In this document: positions 13,156-24,915 of the stretch, piece after piece
Position numbering within the stretch: the first letter of the stretch is position 1
Layout of the letters: each line of letters starts with the position of its first letter
Assembly (NCBI GenBank): GCA_048213135.1
Contig: PS015434.1
Coordinates: 6,153-47,119 of the forward strand
Direction of reading: 5' to 3'
Length of the DNA stretch: 40,967 bases
Origin: Reclinomonas americana ATCC 50394
Taxonomy: Eukaryota
Translations under genes and position numbers: made by a program
The notes under the pieces: generated by a model
What the model was told of the DNA's origin: nothing
Databases searched by the model: none
What the model saw: the letters and a program-made list of their open reading frames with translations, nothing else

Positions 13156-14264
13156 NNNNNNNNNNNNNNNNNNNNNNNNNNNNNNNNNNNNNNNNNNNNN
13201 NNNNNNNNNNNNNNNNNNNNNNNNNNNNNNNNNNNNNNNNNNNNNNNNNNNNNNNNNNNNNNNNNNNNNNNNNNNNNNNNNNNNNNNNNNNNNNNNNNNN
13301 NNNNNNNNNNNNNNNNNNNNNNNNNNNNNNNNNNNNNNNNNNNNNNNNNNNNNNNNNNNNNNNNNNNNNNNNNNNNNNNNNNNNNNNNNNNNNNNNNNNN
13401 NNNNNNNNNNNNNNNNNNNNNNNNNNNNNNNNNNNNNNNNNNNNNNNNNNNNNNNNNNNNNNNNNNNNNNNNNNNNNNNNNNNNNNNNNNNNNNNNNNNN
13501 NNNNNNNNNNNNNNNNNNNNNNNNNNNNNNNNNNNNNNNNNNNNNNNNNNNNNNNNNNNNNNNNNNNNNNNNNNNNNNNNNNNNNNNNNNNNNNNNNNNN
13601 NNNNNNNNNNNNNNNNNNNNNNNNNNNNNNNNNNNNNNNNNNNNNNNNNNNNNNNNNNNNNNNNNNNNNNNNNNNNNNNNNNNNNNNNNNNNNNNNNNNN
13701 NNNNNNNNNNNNNNNNNNNNNNNNNNNNNNNNNNNNNNNNNNNNNNNNNNNNNNNNNNNNNNNNNNNNNNNNNNNNNCCTGCACCAGTATATCGATTTCG
13801 CTGTTTTGTGGCGGAATTGGCGGTCAAAATGGAGGAAGAAATCCCCAGAGGAACACGGGAACGTAGATCTGCTTCCACATTAGTCGGGGATGATGACGCC
13901 TTCACTTCTTTGCTTGCTTCTCGGATCCGGACACGGCTTTGCTTTGTTAGCCTGGCTTCAGCCCTTTTCCCATATTCGATGTGCCGTGCACGATCGCAGA
14001 AAACGCTATGCGTCTATGCAAGTGCGCCAAATCCACTGGTCAACCACGCTTTCTGTGGTGAAGATCGCAGTTCTCGACTTGTTCGGAGCCCCGAGAGCGA
14101 ACACACACACACAAGAAACCTGCTACTGCCTCGAGATTGGTGTCTATGTTGATGTTTTGTATACGGTTGAACTTCGTCATCAAGAAAGCTGTTGCTTGTT
14201 TGTTGGTGAATGAATTTGTTGTTGTTGTCAATATTGACCGTGTAACAACAGGTACCAGTAACTT

Positions 14265-14501
14265 CTAAACCTTTACTCCCGATATACAATCACCGCACGA
14301 CGCGCACGACGTGCTCGTCGATGTCGACGTGCCGACCGCCTTCAGTGCGCACGTCGACGTGCTGACGGTGAACGTCCAGCTTCCGCACAGCGAGTTTCCG
14401 GAGCACAAGACCGAGCATGCCTGCGCACCGCTGGTTGTCGTAGAGAAGATAGTGCCTCCGGGTTGATCTGCACATGCGTGTGACAGTGAGGGTCTAAGCA
14501 G

Positions 14502-14535
<34 letters not shown>

Positions 14536-17500
14536 AATCTTACACGGCACACACCTGTGAAAAACTGAAAGTTGCCAGAGTTGTACGCTGCCGCCAGCGT
14601 CTTCTTGCCAGAGTACATGCAGTACGATGTGCCGCACACATTGCTGGTCTCGGCGTTCGCTGCCGTGGCCGGAACGACGGCCTGCCAGCCATGTGTGAAT
14701 ACTAAAGCTTACGTTTCCCAACTAAACATACAGGGAGACATGGAAAACACCTTCAGTTGACAAACTGGCATGCCTGTCGCATTTGACGCCGCAGCAGCGT
14801 CCAAGAACACCCACGCCACACATGCAGCATCGCCGTCGCATTTCATGCAGCACGCACTCGCGCTATTCACGTAATGCACGACATAGACATTACCCGGACG
14901 ATCCACGTTCTCCAACTGACACACCTCCATGCCGACTGCGTAGTGCAAAGGTGATAAGTGTGTGCAATGAGAGTTGAACAGCGAGAGAGAGAGAGAGAGC
15001 AAACCTGGTGGGTCAAATACAGAACCGCGCTGCACACACGGACAACTCGAACTCGGCGATGCAGCTGTACCAAAAACGTGCGGACATCAAAATGGTGGTG
15101 CTTTGCTGCTACTACTGCTGCATACGAGTCCACCACGCACCAGAAGAAAGCACAAACGACTTGGTCATCGACGCTGCTGGCGTGCCACTGTCGGTACTGC
15201 GAATCGTCACTCGCAGCTGCCGGTTGACCAGACCAGCCGTCTGCACTTGCAACTGCGATCCAGTAATAGTGAACGCCGTGGCATTTTCGCCACCCGCGAT
15301 CGAGTACGTGAATGTCTGGCCAGCGTTCGCGTCGGTGGTCGACAGTATGCCCACTACGGCGTTAATTGTGGTCGGAACGGCGTACGTGAAGCTTGAAAGC
15401 ACAATATCGGCGGGGGCAGCATTTCCTGCAAAAAATGCAAGTGCAATGAGAGATTACGTATTACCCTCCCGCCCCCCACTCCCCCCAAAAAAGTCGCAAG
15501 CGCAGCACACGCACCAATGGACAACGGCCCAAGCGACTGATACGCACTGCCGGATGCCCAACGGACGCACAGTGTGTACGTACCGACGGCGGCGCCAGCG
15601 GCATTCACGGAGAGATTGACACTTGCGGCGCTTACAAACGTCGCACTCACGCTGGTCGACGCAATCACTGCTGGCGACGCGGCCGTGCAATCAGTCGACA
15701 CAACGAATGCCGCCGCGTCGGCATTGGTGTTGCCCATGCCGCCGCCGGTGAGTGCAATGGCCTGAGCGGCGGCCGCTGAAATTGTCGACACGGACATGGT
15801 GGCTTGTACTGCGCGCGGAGAGAGCAGCAACAGAACTGAGACCGCAGGAGAGAGAGAGAGAGAGGCGCGCAAACGGCCGCAGGCGCAGAAAAGATATACC
15901 TGCACAATTACCACGATCGCTCACAAGTTCGCTGACAGCATAATACATCTAGTACGTCGCCGACGACAACTACCGTCTACACTGCTCTGTACACATTCCC
16001 CTTCACTGTCGTCGCTATTCCTTTCATAGGACACCTCTAGCAAACACTGGGGAACACTTAGAAATGTGCTGCAACGCGGTTCCCCTCCAACGACTGTGTT
16101 CTTCCACATTGCTACAAACATAGACTCGCCATGCCTTCGCGATCCTCTCCCACATGCAATTTTTTGCTAGTACTTGCACTTGATCTAGATATGCACCGTC
16201 TCCTCTTCTGTGACTCACCGACAGTCACCGACCCAGCCAGCACATACACCCCTGCCGGCCGATCTCGAATGCACATGTTGTATGTGCCAGCTGCCGCACT
16301 CGAAGCGTCGAGAAGCACTCGCATACTGCTGCTGCTGGCGAGAACAATCGACTGATACGTCGCCACGACCACCAGTGTACCGTAGCAGTTCTGTGATGGA
16401 ACAATATATAGTTGCTTGTTGTTGAGTGACAGCGTACTGGTGTGTGCATCTCTGCCCAACGCGACTCACCGCATTCGAAGACAGCACTGCTGCTGCCGAG
16501 TCGCCGCTGGTGGACAAGTCGAAAAAATTGGCTGCACGACGTGACGGCGGTAGACGATCAGCAATCAGATAGTGAGAAGAACTGCAAAGCAAAGAACACA
16601 ACTTCCGCTAAGTGCCACTAGCTGCCACGTTCGCCGATGAATGATAGTCGGCGAAACTGCCGATACAGTCATGGTAGCTGTGCGCGAGGCCACTACAAGT
16701 TAGCAAGCTTGTGTGTATGTATCTAGGAGACACCAATAGAGATCTATTTCAAGAGACACTGCTGAAAGCATGAATTGCTGTAGTATACGCACACGATACA
16801 CAAATATACACGCGCTTCTCGCGATGATCGCGTAGTCTGTGCTCTCTCCTGCCTCCTCTCCACTCACCACGTGCCGTGACCAACGGCTGTGGAAGTTCGA
16901 TAAACGAACTCGTCGATAATAACGGCATGTGACACACTGCCATTGGAGCCAACAACGCCCCCGTCCCAGCCGCAACACTTGCCACCGTCAATGTACCACT
17001 CGTCAAACTGCTGGCACCAACGCTGATCAGTGGCGTGGCTGCAGCACTGCAGTCGTTCGTCGGCAAAGTGCACGTCAAGCTCGACATAAACGCGGTGCGC
17101 TCCGCCATAAAGTTGTTCAGCACCTGTGCTGCCGTCAGTGAATTGCTGTGGATACGCAGCCGTGCGATCGTCAGCGAGCCTCGCAGAGTCGCCTCCACAG
17201 TGCCATTGCCGTTGTACTGCGATCCCAACGTGATTGGCGCAGAGGCTGAGATGTTCGGGTTCTTGACAGCTGAACTGGCCAGAAAACCATCGGCGTACAC
17301 TCGTTCTGTTGTTCCGTCGGACGTGAAAACCAAGTGATGCCACGCGCCGGCGCCGGGTACAGAGGACCCCCAAGAAAAATCGTCAGCATAATGAATAACT
17401 GCACCGTACGCAGCGTTGGTGCCGTACACGAATGCAAAGTTGGCAAAATTGGATCGGACACCCCAAGCGACGATAGTCTCCTGCGCCCCAATCACCGGAT

Positions 17501-20096
17501 TCAACACCCATGCTTCGATCGACAGCACAGGACGTACGCCTATCAAGGATGCCGGCGTCGCAACCGACAATGGCATGTATGCCGTGCCGTCAAACTGCAG
17601 ACCACGAACGCCACTCGTCAGCGCCACTGTCACGGTGCTCGCTGTCGCTGTGAAGACGCCACCCAGCAACCCTGCGTTGCTGACCGTGCTGACAGAACCC
17701 AGCGCCAGTCCAGTAGCATCCACCGACACAAGCAGTGAGCCAGCAGTGGTCACAGATATGGCACTGATACCGACGACCCGGGCCGATAGGAACGCGCACT
17801 GCTCCTGTTGGAAGTTGGCCAGCACTTGCGCACCAGTAAGAGTGCCGCTGTGGATACGAATGCGAGCCATGGTGAGTGACGGACGCGCACCGCCCCACGC
17901 CACTGCACTCGAGTCATATTGCGATCCAAGTGTGATCGGCACCGCGTTGCTAATACTTAGCGAGACCTGCACCACTGCATTGGCCAGCACGCCGTCAATG
18001 TACACCCTATCCGTTGTGCCATCCGACGTGTACGTCAACAGATGCCATGCATTCGCTGTCGGCGGACCGCCAGCACCCCACGGTATGTCGCTGTTGAAGT
18101 GAGTCACCGCCCCCCAAGACGAATGAGAACCGAAGCTGAATGAGATACTGCTGAACGGCCAGCGTACGCCCCAAACAACCATCGATTCCTCCGCCTCGAC
18201 ACTCGGATTGTAGACCCACACTTCAATCGTAAACGACGGATTACGGCCAACCAAAGTTGTCGGCGGCGTCGCGACAGAGTGTCTCATGTACGCAACGCCG
18301 TCAAACACGAGCCCACGCATGGCAGACAGCTCCGCTACCGTCACCGTGCCGGCCGCCGTGGTAAACACACCGCCCAGCGTGCCACCATTCGTTACCGTCG
18401 TCAGAGCGCCGAGTGGAAGTGCACTGGAATCGATCGAGACTAGCAGTGAGCCGGCAATCTGCAGCGAGTTCGCTACCACTTTGACCGTGTCGCCGGCGGC
18501 CAGCTGATTGCCGGACACAGTCAAAGAAGTGGCTGTCGACAGTGTCAACACTGACGGTGTTAGAGCCGTGGCACCTACATTCAGCACCGCGACAGCCGGC
18601 AGGCCCGTCACTACTGTAGATGCTGCTTGGTCGGCAAACGTGAATGATGATAGGCTGTACACAGCACTAGACGTATTCGATGCTCCCGTAAAGCCAACCC
18701 ACGCAGAGCTGGCGCCAACAGTTGCCGGAATGTTGACAGTGTACGACTGCGTGGCGGTCGCCAACGTGGTGCTGTCGGTGATTGTGACTGTGAGCGTGGT
18801 GCCGTTATACGTAATGTTGACATTCATCGTGTTGCCGTTCCCGAGAGCGATGCCGTTGGCTGTCAGATCGATCGAGCCGGTGTTGGTCGGTGTGGCACCG
18901 TTGAGATAGAGACCAGTGGAGCTCGTGCCCTCGCCGCTGGTGTCCGCCACGTCAAATTTTACGCACAAACTCGAGCCGACACCGGAATAGCCGAGACTAG
19001 ACCCCCAACCACCAACGCCCAAAGGAGCCTGGTTTTTGATCACAAAACAAACACCTTCGCCACCACCACTCATTCGCAGTGCAAAGCTAGTGGTAAAGTT
19101 CGCGATATTCATCATGCTTGTTGTGAATGCCAAGCCCGGCATAGAACCACCACCAGGGTACAGCAGAATGCCAGCAGCCGAATAACTCGCCACACCGCCC
19201 AGTGTCAGCTGCTGATTCACTTGCAATGCACAAATTGAAGACGCGCCTACCGGACGGCGGCACACAGTGAAGTACGAGTTCACCAGACTGTACGCCACCG
19301 ATACCACCGGCACAGTCATCACCGTGTTCCCAGCGGATACCACGAAAGCAGGAGAGGCGACCACGCTTGTGAACTGCGTAGCAGAGGCGCAGCTCGTGCC
19401 GAACGGCACAAAGCGGATCAAATCAAAGGTGTCGAAACTGGCCCCGGAAACCGTCAGATTCCACATCACGCCCGGGTACAGTGCGACAGGCCCAGTGACA
19501 GCACCCACCGACACAGTCAGCGCACTTATCTGCGTGGGACTGTAGGTGACTTGACTCGAGGGGCTCAAGTATGAAAACGCGAGCACGTCAAAGTTGCCGG
19601 TAACAGCACCAGCACTTGCAGTGAACCCAACCCAGGCCCTACTGGCTCCCATCTGTCCAGGAATATCAACAGCGTACGACTGGGAGGCGGTGGCCAGCGT
19701 TGCTGTATCAGTAATGGTCACAGCGAGCGTGGTACCGTCGTACGTCATGTCGACTTTCATAACGTTGTTGCTGGCCAGAATAACATTGCTCGGCATCAAG
19801 TCCACCGCGCCAGTGCCTGTGGGCGTGGCGCCGTTGAGGTAGAGACCGGTAGATGAGTGGGGAACACCGCCAGAATAGATGTCAAACTTGACACCGACGC
19901 TCGGCGTCAGACCGCAAAAACCAAGGCATCCACCACCAAAGCCGCTGACCGTGGCGCCCATGTTTTGAATGGCAAATGTCATGCCATCTCCGCTGCCCGC
20001 AATGCGCAGGCGAAACGATAACGTGAACTGGGTCACGTCCACCGCGGCTGGAGCAAACACAGAACCAGAGCACCCAATGACGCCAAAGGTGCATAC
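14265..20096 (-). CDS. Large mosaic carbohydrate-binding/adhesion-like protein: 2x L-type (legume-like) lectin, 2x LamG/concanavalin-like, Ig-like segments, cadherin-like, 2x PAN/apple; 5' partial
   Basis: Exon 16868-20096 has two lectin units (GDGMTFAIQN...VGVKFD...TYDGTTLAVTITD...AWVGFTAS) and two LamG-like units (FTIEVWVYNP...WHLLTYTSDGTTDRVYIDG). Short spliced exons follow with a cadherin-like unit (NAAPADIVLS...STTDANAGQTFTYSI) and two PAN-like units (CCMKCDGDAACVAWVF...CQLK; CSVLCSGNSLCGSWTF...CALK). TAG at 14265-14267. Confidence 0.78.
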
Positions 20097-20345
20097 NNNN
20101 NNNNNNNNNNNNNNNNNNNNNNNNNNNNNNNNNNNNNNNNNNNNNNNNNNNNNNNNNNNNNNNNNNNNNNNNNNNNNNNNNNNNNNNNNNNNNNNNNNNN
20201 NNNNNNNNNNNNNNNNNNNNNNNNNNNNNNNNNNNNNNNNNNNNNNNNNNNNNNNNNNNNNNNNNNNNNNNNNNNNNNNNNNNNNNNNNNNNNNNNNNNN
20301 NNNNNNNNNNNNNNNNNNNNNNNNNNNNNNNNCGACGACGACGAC

Positions 20346-20346
<1 letters not shown>

Positions 20347-20416
<70 letters not shown>
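20347..20416. repeat. (CA)n microsatellite
   Basis: About 35 perfect CA units next to the gap, preceded by (GAC)n. Confidence 0.95.
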
Positions 20417-20421
<5 letters not shown>

Positions 20422-20649
20422 CCGCTTATGTGTGGCGGGAAAAATTGAATTTTGCACATGTACAGTGTACAGTAGCGGCCTGGCGAACCATCTGCTAGTA
20501 CACACACGACAGCAGCAGCTGCAGGTGGTGCGCGACAGTACAGCGTGTGGATCTGACACCAGCACTTCTTGCTATCTTGCTGCATTCGCGGTTTCTCTTG
20601 CTGACAAGCCAGCACAAGCAAGACATTTCGACTTTCTTTTGCACTGCAC

Positions 20650-20735
20650 CCGTGATATCTGAGTTTCTGGTGCTCACACGAGATGTTGTTCATCACACGC
20701 ACTGTCTTGTCCTCACTCCCGCTCAGAACGACCAG
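20650..20735 (-). pseudogene. Degenerate single WD40-like repeat
   Basis: LVVLSGSEDKTVRVMNNISCEHQKLRYHG keeps SGSxDKTVRV and a downstream H but lacks the conserved W; it lies downstream of the stop of the WD40 ORF. Confidence 0.4.
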
Positions 20736-20909
20736 TAAATCAATGCTGACTATATAGAAGGCAGCAAGAAAACATAACGACGTGACTACATGAGAGAGGC
20801 CACCCCTCACCAGTACAGCCAAGGTGGATCATCGAGGTGCCGATGCACCACGACTCCCGCCTCCTCGACCACGAAACAACGCAGCACCATCTCCGGCAGA
20901 CACCGCGAA

Positions 20910-21273
20910 TCATGTCCCTCCTCCTCTTCCTGCATCTCCTGGACTGACAGCACGCAAGGCCAAACGCGCCGCCTGCAGCTCCCGTTGCGCGAGGCCGTAC
21001 GGGGTGGACAGCAGTCGCACAGCATTGTCGCGACACCCGATCACCAAGAAGCGACCGTCGACGGTGCACGCGACAGAATACACAAAATCGGAGTGTCCCT
21101 CCAAGCGGCAGACCTCCTCACCACTCGCCAGCGACCACACACGCACCGTCTGGTCCCAACCCCCACTCACGACATGCCGACAGTCGGGAGTGACGGTCAC
21201 CGACAACACCGCGCCGGTGTGCGCCTTTAGGTGTCGCACTTCCTCGCTACTCGTCACAGGCCACACTCGCACC
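20910..21273 (-). CDS. WD40-repeat protein, C-terminal fragment (rest in the gap)
   Basis: VRVWPVTSSEEVRHLKAHTGAVLSVTVTPDCRHVVSGGWDQTVRVWSLASGEEVCRLEGHSDFVYSVACTVDGRFLVIGCRDNAVRL: two classic GH...D..VRVW repeats. Confidence 0.85.
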
Positions 21274-22146
21274 NNNNNNNNNNNNNNNNNNNNNNNNNNN
21301 NNNNNNNNNNNNNNNNNNNNNNNNNNNNNNNNNNNNNNNNNNNNNNNNNNNNNNNNNNNNNNNNNNNNNNNNNNNNNNNNNNNNNNNNNNNNNNNNNNNN
21401 NNNNNNNNNNNNNNNNNNNNNNNNNNNNNNNNNNNNNNNNNNNNNNNNNNNNNNNNNNNNNNNNNNNNNNNNNNNNNNNNNNNNNNNNNNNNNNNNNNNN
21501 NNNNNNNNNNNNNNNNNNNNNNNNNNNNNNNNNNNNNNNNNNNNNNNNNNNNNNNNNNNNNNNNNNNNNNNNNNNNNNNNNNNNNNNNNNNNNNNNNNNN
21601 NNNNNNNNNNNNNNNNNNNNNNNNNNNNNNNNNNNNNNNNNNNNNNNNNNNNNNNNNNNNNNNNNNNNNNNNNNNNNNNNNNNNNNNNNNNNNNNNNNNN
21701 NNNNNNNNNNNNNNNNNNNNNNNNNNNNNNNNNNNNNNNNNNNNNNNNNNNNNNNNNNNNNNNNNNNNNNNNNNNNNNNNNNNNNNNNNNNNNNNNNNNN
21801 NNNNNNNNNNNNNNNNNNNNNNNNNNNNNNNNNNNNNNNNNNNNNNNNNNNNNNNNNNNNNNNNNNNNNNNNNNNNNNNNNNNNNNNNNNNNNNNNNNNN
21901 NNNNNNNNNNNNNNNNNNNNNNNNNNNNNNNNNNNNNNNNNNNNNNNNNNNNNNNNNNNNNNNNNNNNNNNNNNNNNNNNNNNNNNNNNNNNNNNNNNNN
22001 NNNNNNNNNNNNNNNNNNNNNNNNNNTCACACAGAGGCAGTACAGGGGCTTACACGCACGAGCCCGCTCACCTTGGTTGTCATAGCTTGCCTGCGTGCAG
22101 CGAAAGGGAGTGGTCCTGCTTTTGTGGGACATCTCTTCCTTCTCTC

Positions 22147-23022
22147 ATGCGCGCCAACTACAACACATGCGTGGTCCGTCGCTTGCAAGAGAGAGCGTGT
22201 CCGCAGTGCATCTGTCACCCTCCCTCTCACCGTCGCATGCAGGTCGGCCACTCAGTGGTGTTGGTCCCTTATCGCGAGGAGCACGTGCCGCGTTATCATG
22301 AGTGGATGACTGATGCCGCTCTCCAAGGTGCACCACTCTCTCTCTCTCTCCCCCTCTCACACACACTTTCTTGCCTCCCTCCCTCACGATTGCAAGTCAA
22401 GAGCTGACCGAGTCGGAGCCACTGACGCTGGAGCAGGAGTACGCCATGCAAGCTGAGTGGCGTGACGATGAGCAAAGTACGGCTGTGTGGTGTGCACGGA
22501 CAGCACTCTTTGTGCATGTACTCACTGTCGGGTGCCAGAGTGCACGTTCATCCTGCTGGATCGCTCACTGCTGCGCGATGAAAGCGACTACGCGAGTCAG
22601 TTGCAAGCCATGTGTGGCGATGTCAACTTGTTCCTGGGACACGACGATGATGACGACGCGGAGCGGGCCGAGATCGAGGTCATGGTGGCAGAGACAGCTT
22701 CGCGACGCAAGGGAATCGCGCAAGAGGCGGTGCTGCTCATGATGCAGTATGGTGGGTTGCTTCTCTCCGAGTTGGAGACGGCGGTGGCGCACTGCTTACA
22801 TGTGGTGTCTCTCGGGCAGCGCTGCGCCACTTGCCGATCCGTCGCTTCCGTGCCAAGGTGTTGGAGAAGAACGAGCCATCGGTGCATCTGTTCACCAAAC
22901 TCGGCTTCACCGTCGCACGTCGCGTCGAGTGCTTTGGTGAGGTACACATGGATTGGAGTGGCAGTGGCATGGATCCACTGTCGCTGGCCTCCACCGAGTG
23001 TGTTTACGCCAGTGAGTCATGA
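22147..23022 (+). CDS. NAT9: N-acetyltransferase 9-like GNAT protein, 4 introns
   Basis: MRANYNTCV/VGHSVVLVPYREEHVPRYHEWM...ELTESEPLTLEQEYAMQAEWRDDEQKCTFILLD...MCGDVNLFL...AEIEVMVAE...RRKGIA...AKVLEKNEPSVHLFTKLGF...FGEVHM; TGA at 23020-23022. Confidence 0.93.
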
Positions 23023-23070
23023 AAGTATGGAAGCAACAACAATAAGCGTATTACATTCACTCTCCGTCGG

Positions 23071-24771
23071 TCAGTCGCCTCTCAGTGCTCTGTACCGCAG
23101 CAGCGCACTGTGTGGGTCCAACACAATCTCACACAACGGCGACACCTCGTGCTGTGCGGCCTCGGTGCTCTTGCTGGCATGCACAAACGTCAACGATCGC
23201 GCAGTCACCCGCACCGCTGGCAGACCCACGCTGGCGCGACTGTCGCCACCCAACGCCGCCGCGCTCGACGACGACGAACGGACGAGCACCGGGGGTGATG
23301 CAGGAATGCAGTCGCTGGGGTGTCCATTTGAGGTGAGCAGAATGCGCCGTGTGACCTGCCTGAGCATCGGCGCACCAAGCGAGTGCTTCAGCACGTGATT
23401 CCACATGGAGCCGGCGGTGGCGGGCGTGACAGCCGCCACCGCCTGCCGCGTGGTGGCCTGCACCATCTCCGGTGCAAGGCGCGGCAGGCTCGTCACCGCG
23501 CCAAACACAATGAAGCGGCGCGTGGCCAGCAGATCGGCCACCGCGCGAGTCATGGCGGCATTGCGCGCCAAGTGTTGCCGTTGCTGCGAGTGGGAGAGAG
23601 AGAGTGCCGTCAGCACTCGCAGGGTGAAGAGAAAGGAGGAAATGGAAGGCCTTCTTCACGCAACACTGTCGGCACGGTGCACCCAAAAGTGCGATGTCAG
23701 AGAATCAATCACGACCAGCTGCACGGCACCGTCGTCCACACACGCTGACGACGCCGCCGCCGTTGCCTCGGCCGATCGCTTGCCCGTGGCTGCAACAGCC
23801 GCCGCCGCCGCCGCCGCAGCAGCGGCAGCGGCAGCAGCGACCGCAGACTCGACCGACTGCCGCNNNNNNNNNNNNNNNNNNNNNNNNNNNNNNNNNNNNN
23901 NAGCGAAATCAACGCCGCAATGGCCTCGGTGAATCCGTGACACGTGACGACTGAGACGCGCGCCAACGCCGCCGCCAGCACCGACTCATACGCCGCCTTC
24001 TCCATCAACTCGTCCTCCTCCGCCTCCTCGCGTGACGCCAACAGCGCCGCATTCAGCTTCGCCTCGACCACATCAATGAGACGGAACGGCGAAAACTTGA
24101 GATCCAAGTCGACAAACACCACATTCATCTCCAGGCCGCCAACATGCACGTCGCCAATGCGCTGTGGCAACACCGCCGTGGCACACACATCCAACAGCAC
24201 CTCGCTCTTGCCCGACTGCCCCGGGCCATACACCTCGACAAAGTCACCAGCGCGAGAATCCTGTTCATCATCATCTCAGTGTGCTGTCTCTCTTGCTCAC
24301 ACATATGCTCACGCGCGTGTGTAACTTGCAACAGTGAGCGCGCTGCCTCGTCCTCCTCTGTCTCTCCTCCTTCTGCTCTCGCGAGGACCCACGAGTANNN
24401 NNNNNNNNNNNNNNNNNNNNNNNNNNNNNNNNNNNNNNNNNNNNNNNNNNNNNNNNNNNNNNNNNNNNNNNNNNNNNNNNNNNNNNNNNNNNNNNNNNNN
24501 NNNNNNNNNNNNNNNNNNNNNNNNNNNNNNNNNNNNNNNNNNNNNNNNNNNNNNNNNNNNNNNNNNNNNNNNNNNNNNNNNNNNNNNNNNNNNNNNNNNN
24601 NNNNNNNNNNNNNNNNNNNNNNNNNNNNNNNNNNNNNNNNNNNNNNNNNNNNNNNNNNNNNNNNNNNNNNNNNNNNNNNNNCCGCTCACGCACTCGTCGT
24701 CGATGCACACGACGCAGCAGGTCCAACGCTGTCTCGTCGGGCGCAAGAAAGCGCAACACTCGCTCGTCCAT
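23071..24771 (-). CDS. XRCC2: RAD51 paralogue XRCC2 (spans two gaps)
   Basis: MDERVLRFLAPDETALDLLRRV; Walker A EVYGPGQSGKSEVL; AVLPQRIGDVHVGGLEMNVVFVDLDLKFSPFRL; Walker B LVVIDSLTSHFWVHR; C-terminal LRQVTRRILL. Confidence 0.85.
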
Positions 24772-24915
24772 CAAAGTGCAAACACACAGACACGCGGAGA
24801 ATGCGCGGGAACGCGAGCGAGTTGTGATTGTCATTGGCCTCGCTTGCTTTCTTGACATTGCGCGGAGCATGCGTGTGTGTTGTGTGCATTGCGACACAGT
24901 TACACAGGCGCATCC

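Noticed and set aside
12771-14152. Long ORFs across gaps (also 20824-22407, 24144-24927, 39022-40708)
   Set aside because: Artefacts of N runs and (AG)n tracts translating without stops.
13829-14152. Small plus-strand gene beginning MEEEIPRG after a GGCGG-rich stretch
   Set aside because: No recognisable similarity and no convincing exon structure.
16749-20822. 1357-aa ORF as one protein with an N-terminal hydrophobic leader
   Set aside because: It is continuous only because it reads through a (GT)n microsatellite and an N gap. Convincing coding sequence starts at the gap edge (20096) and ends at the donor at 16867.
23790-23845. (GCC)/(GCA) repeat as a separate element
   Set aside because: It is a poly-alanine insert within the XRCC2 coding region before Walker B.
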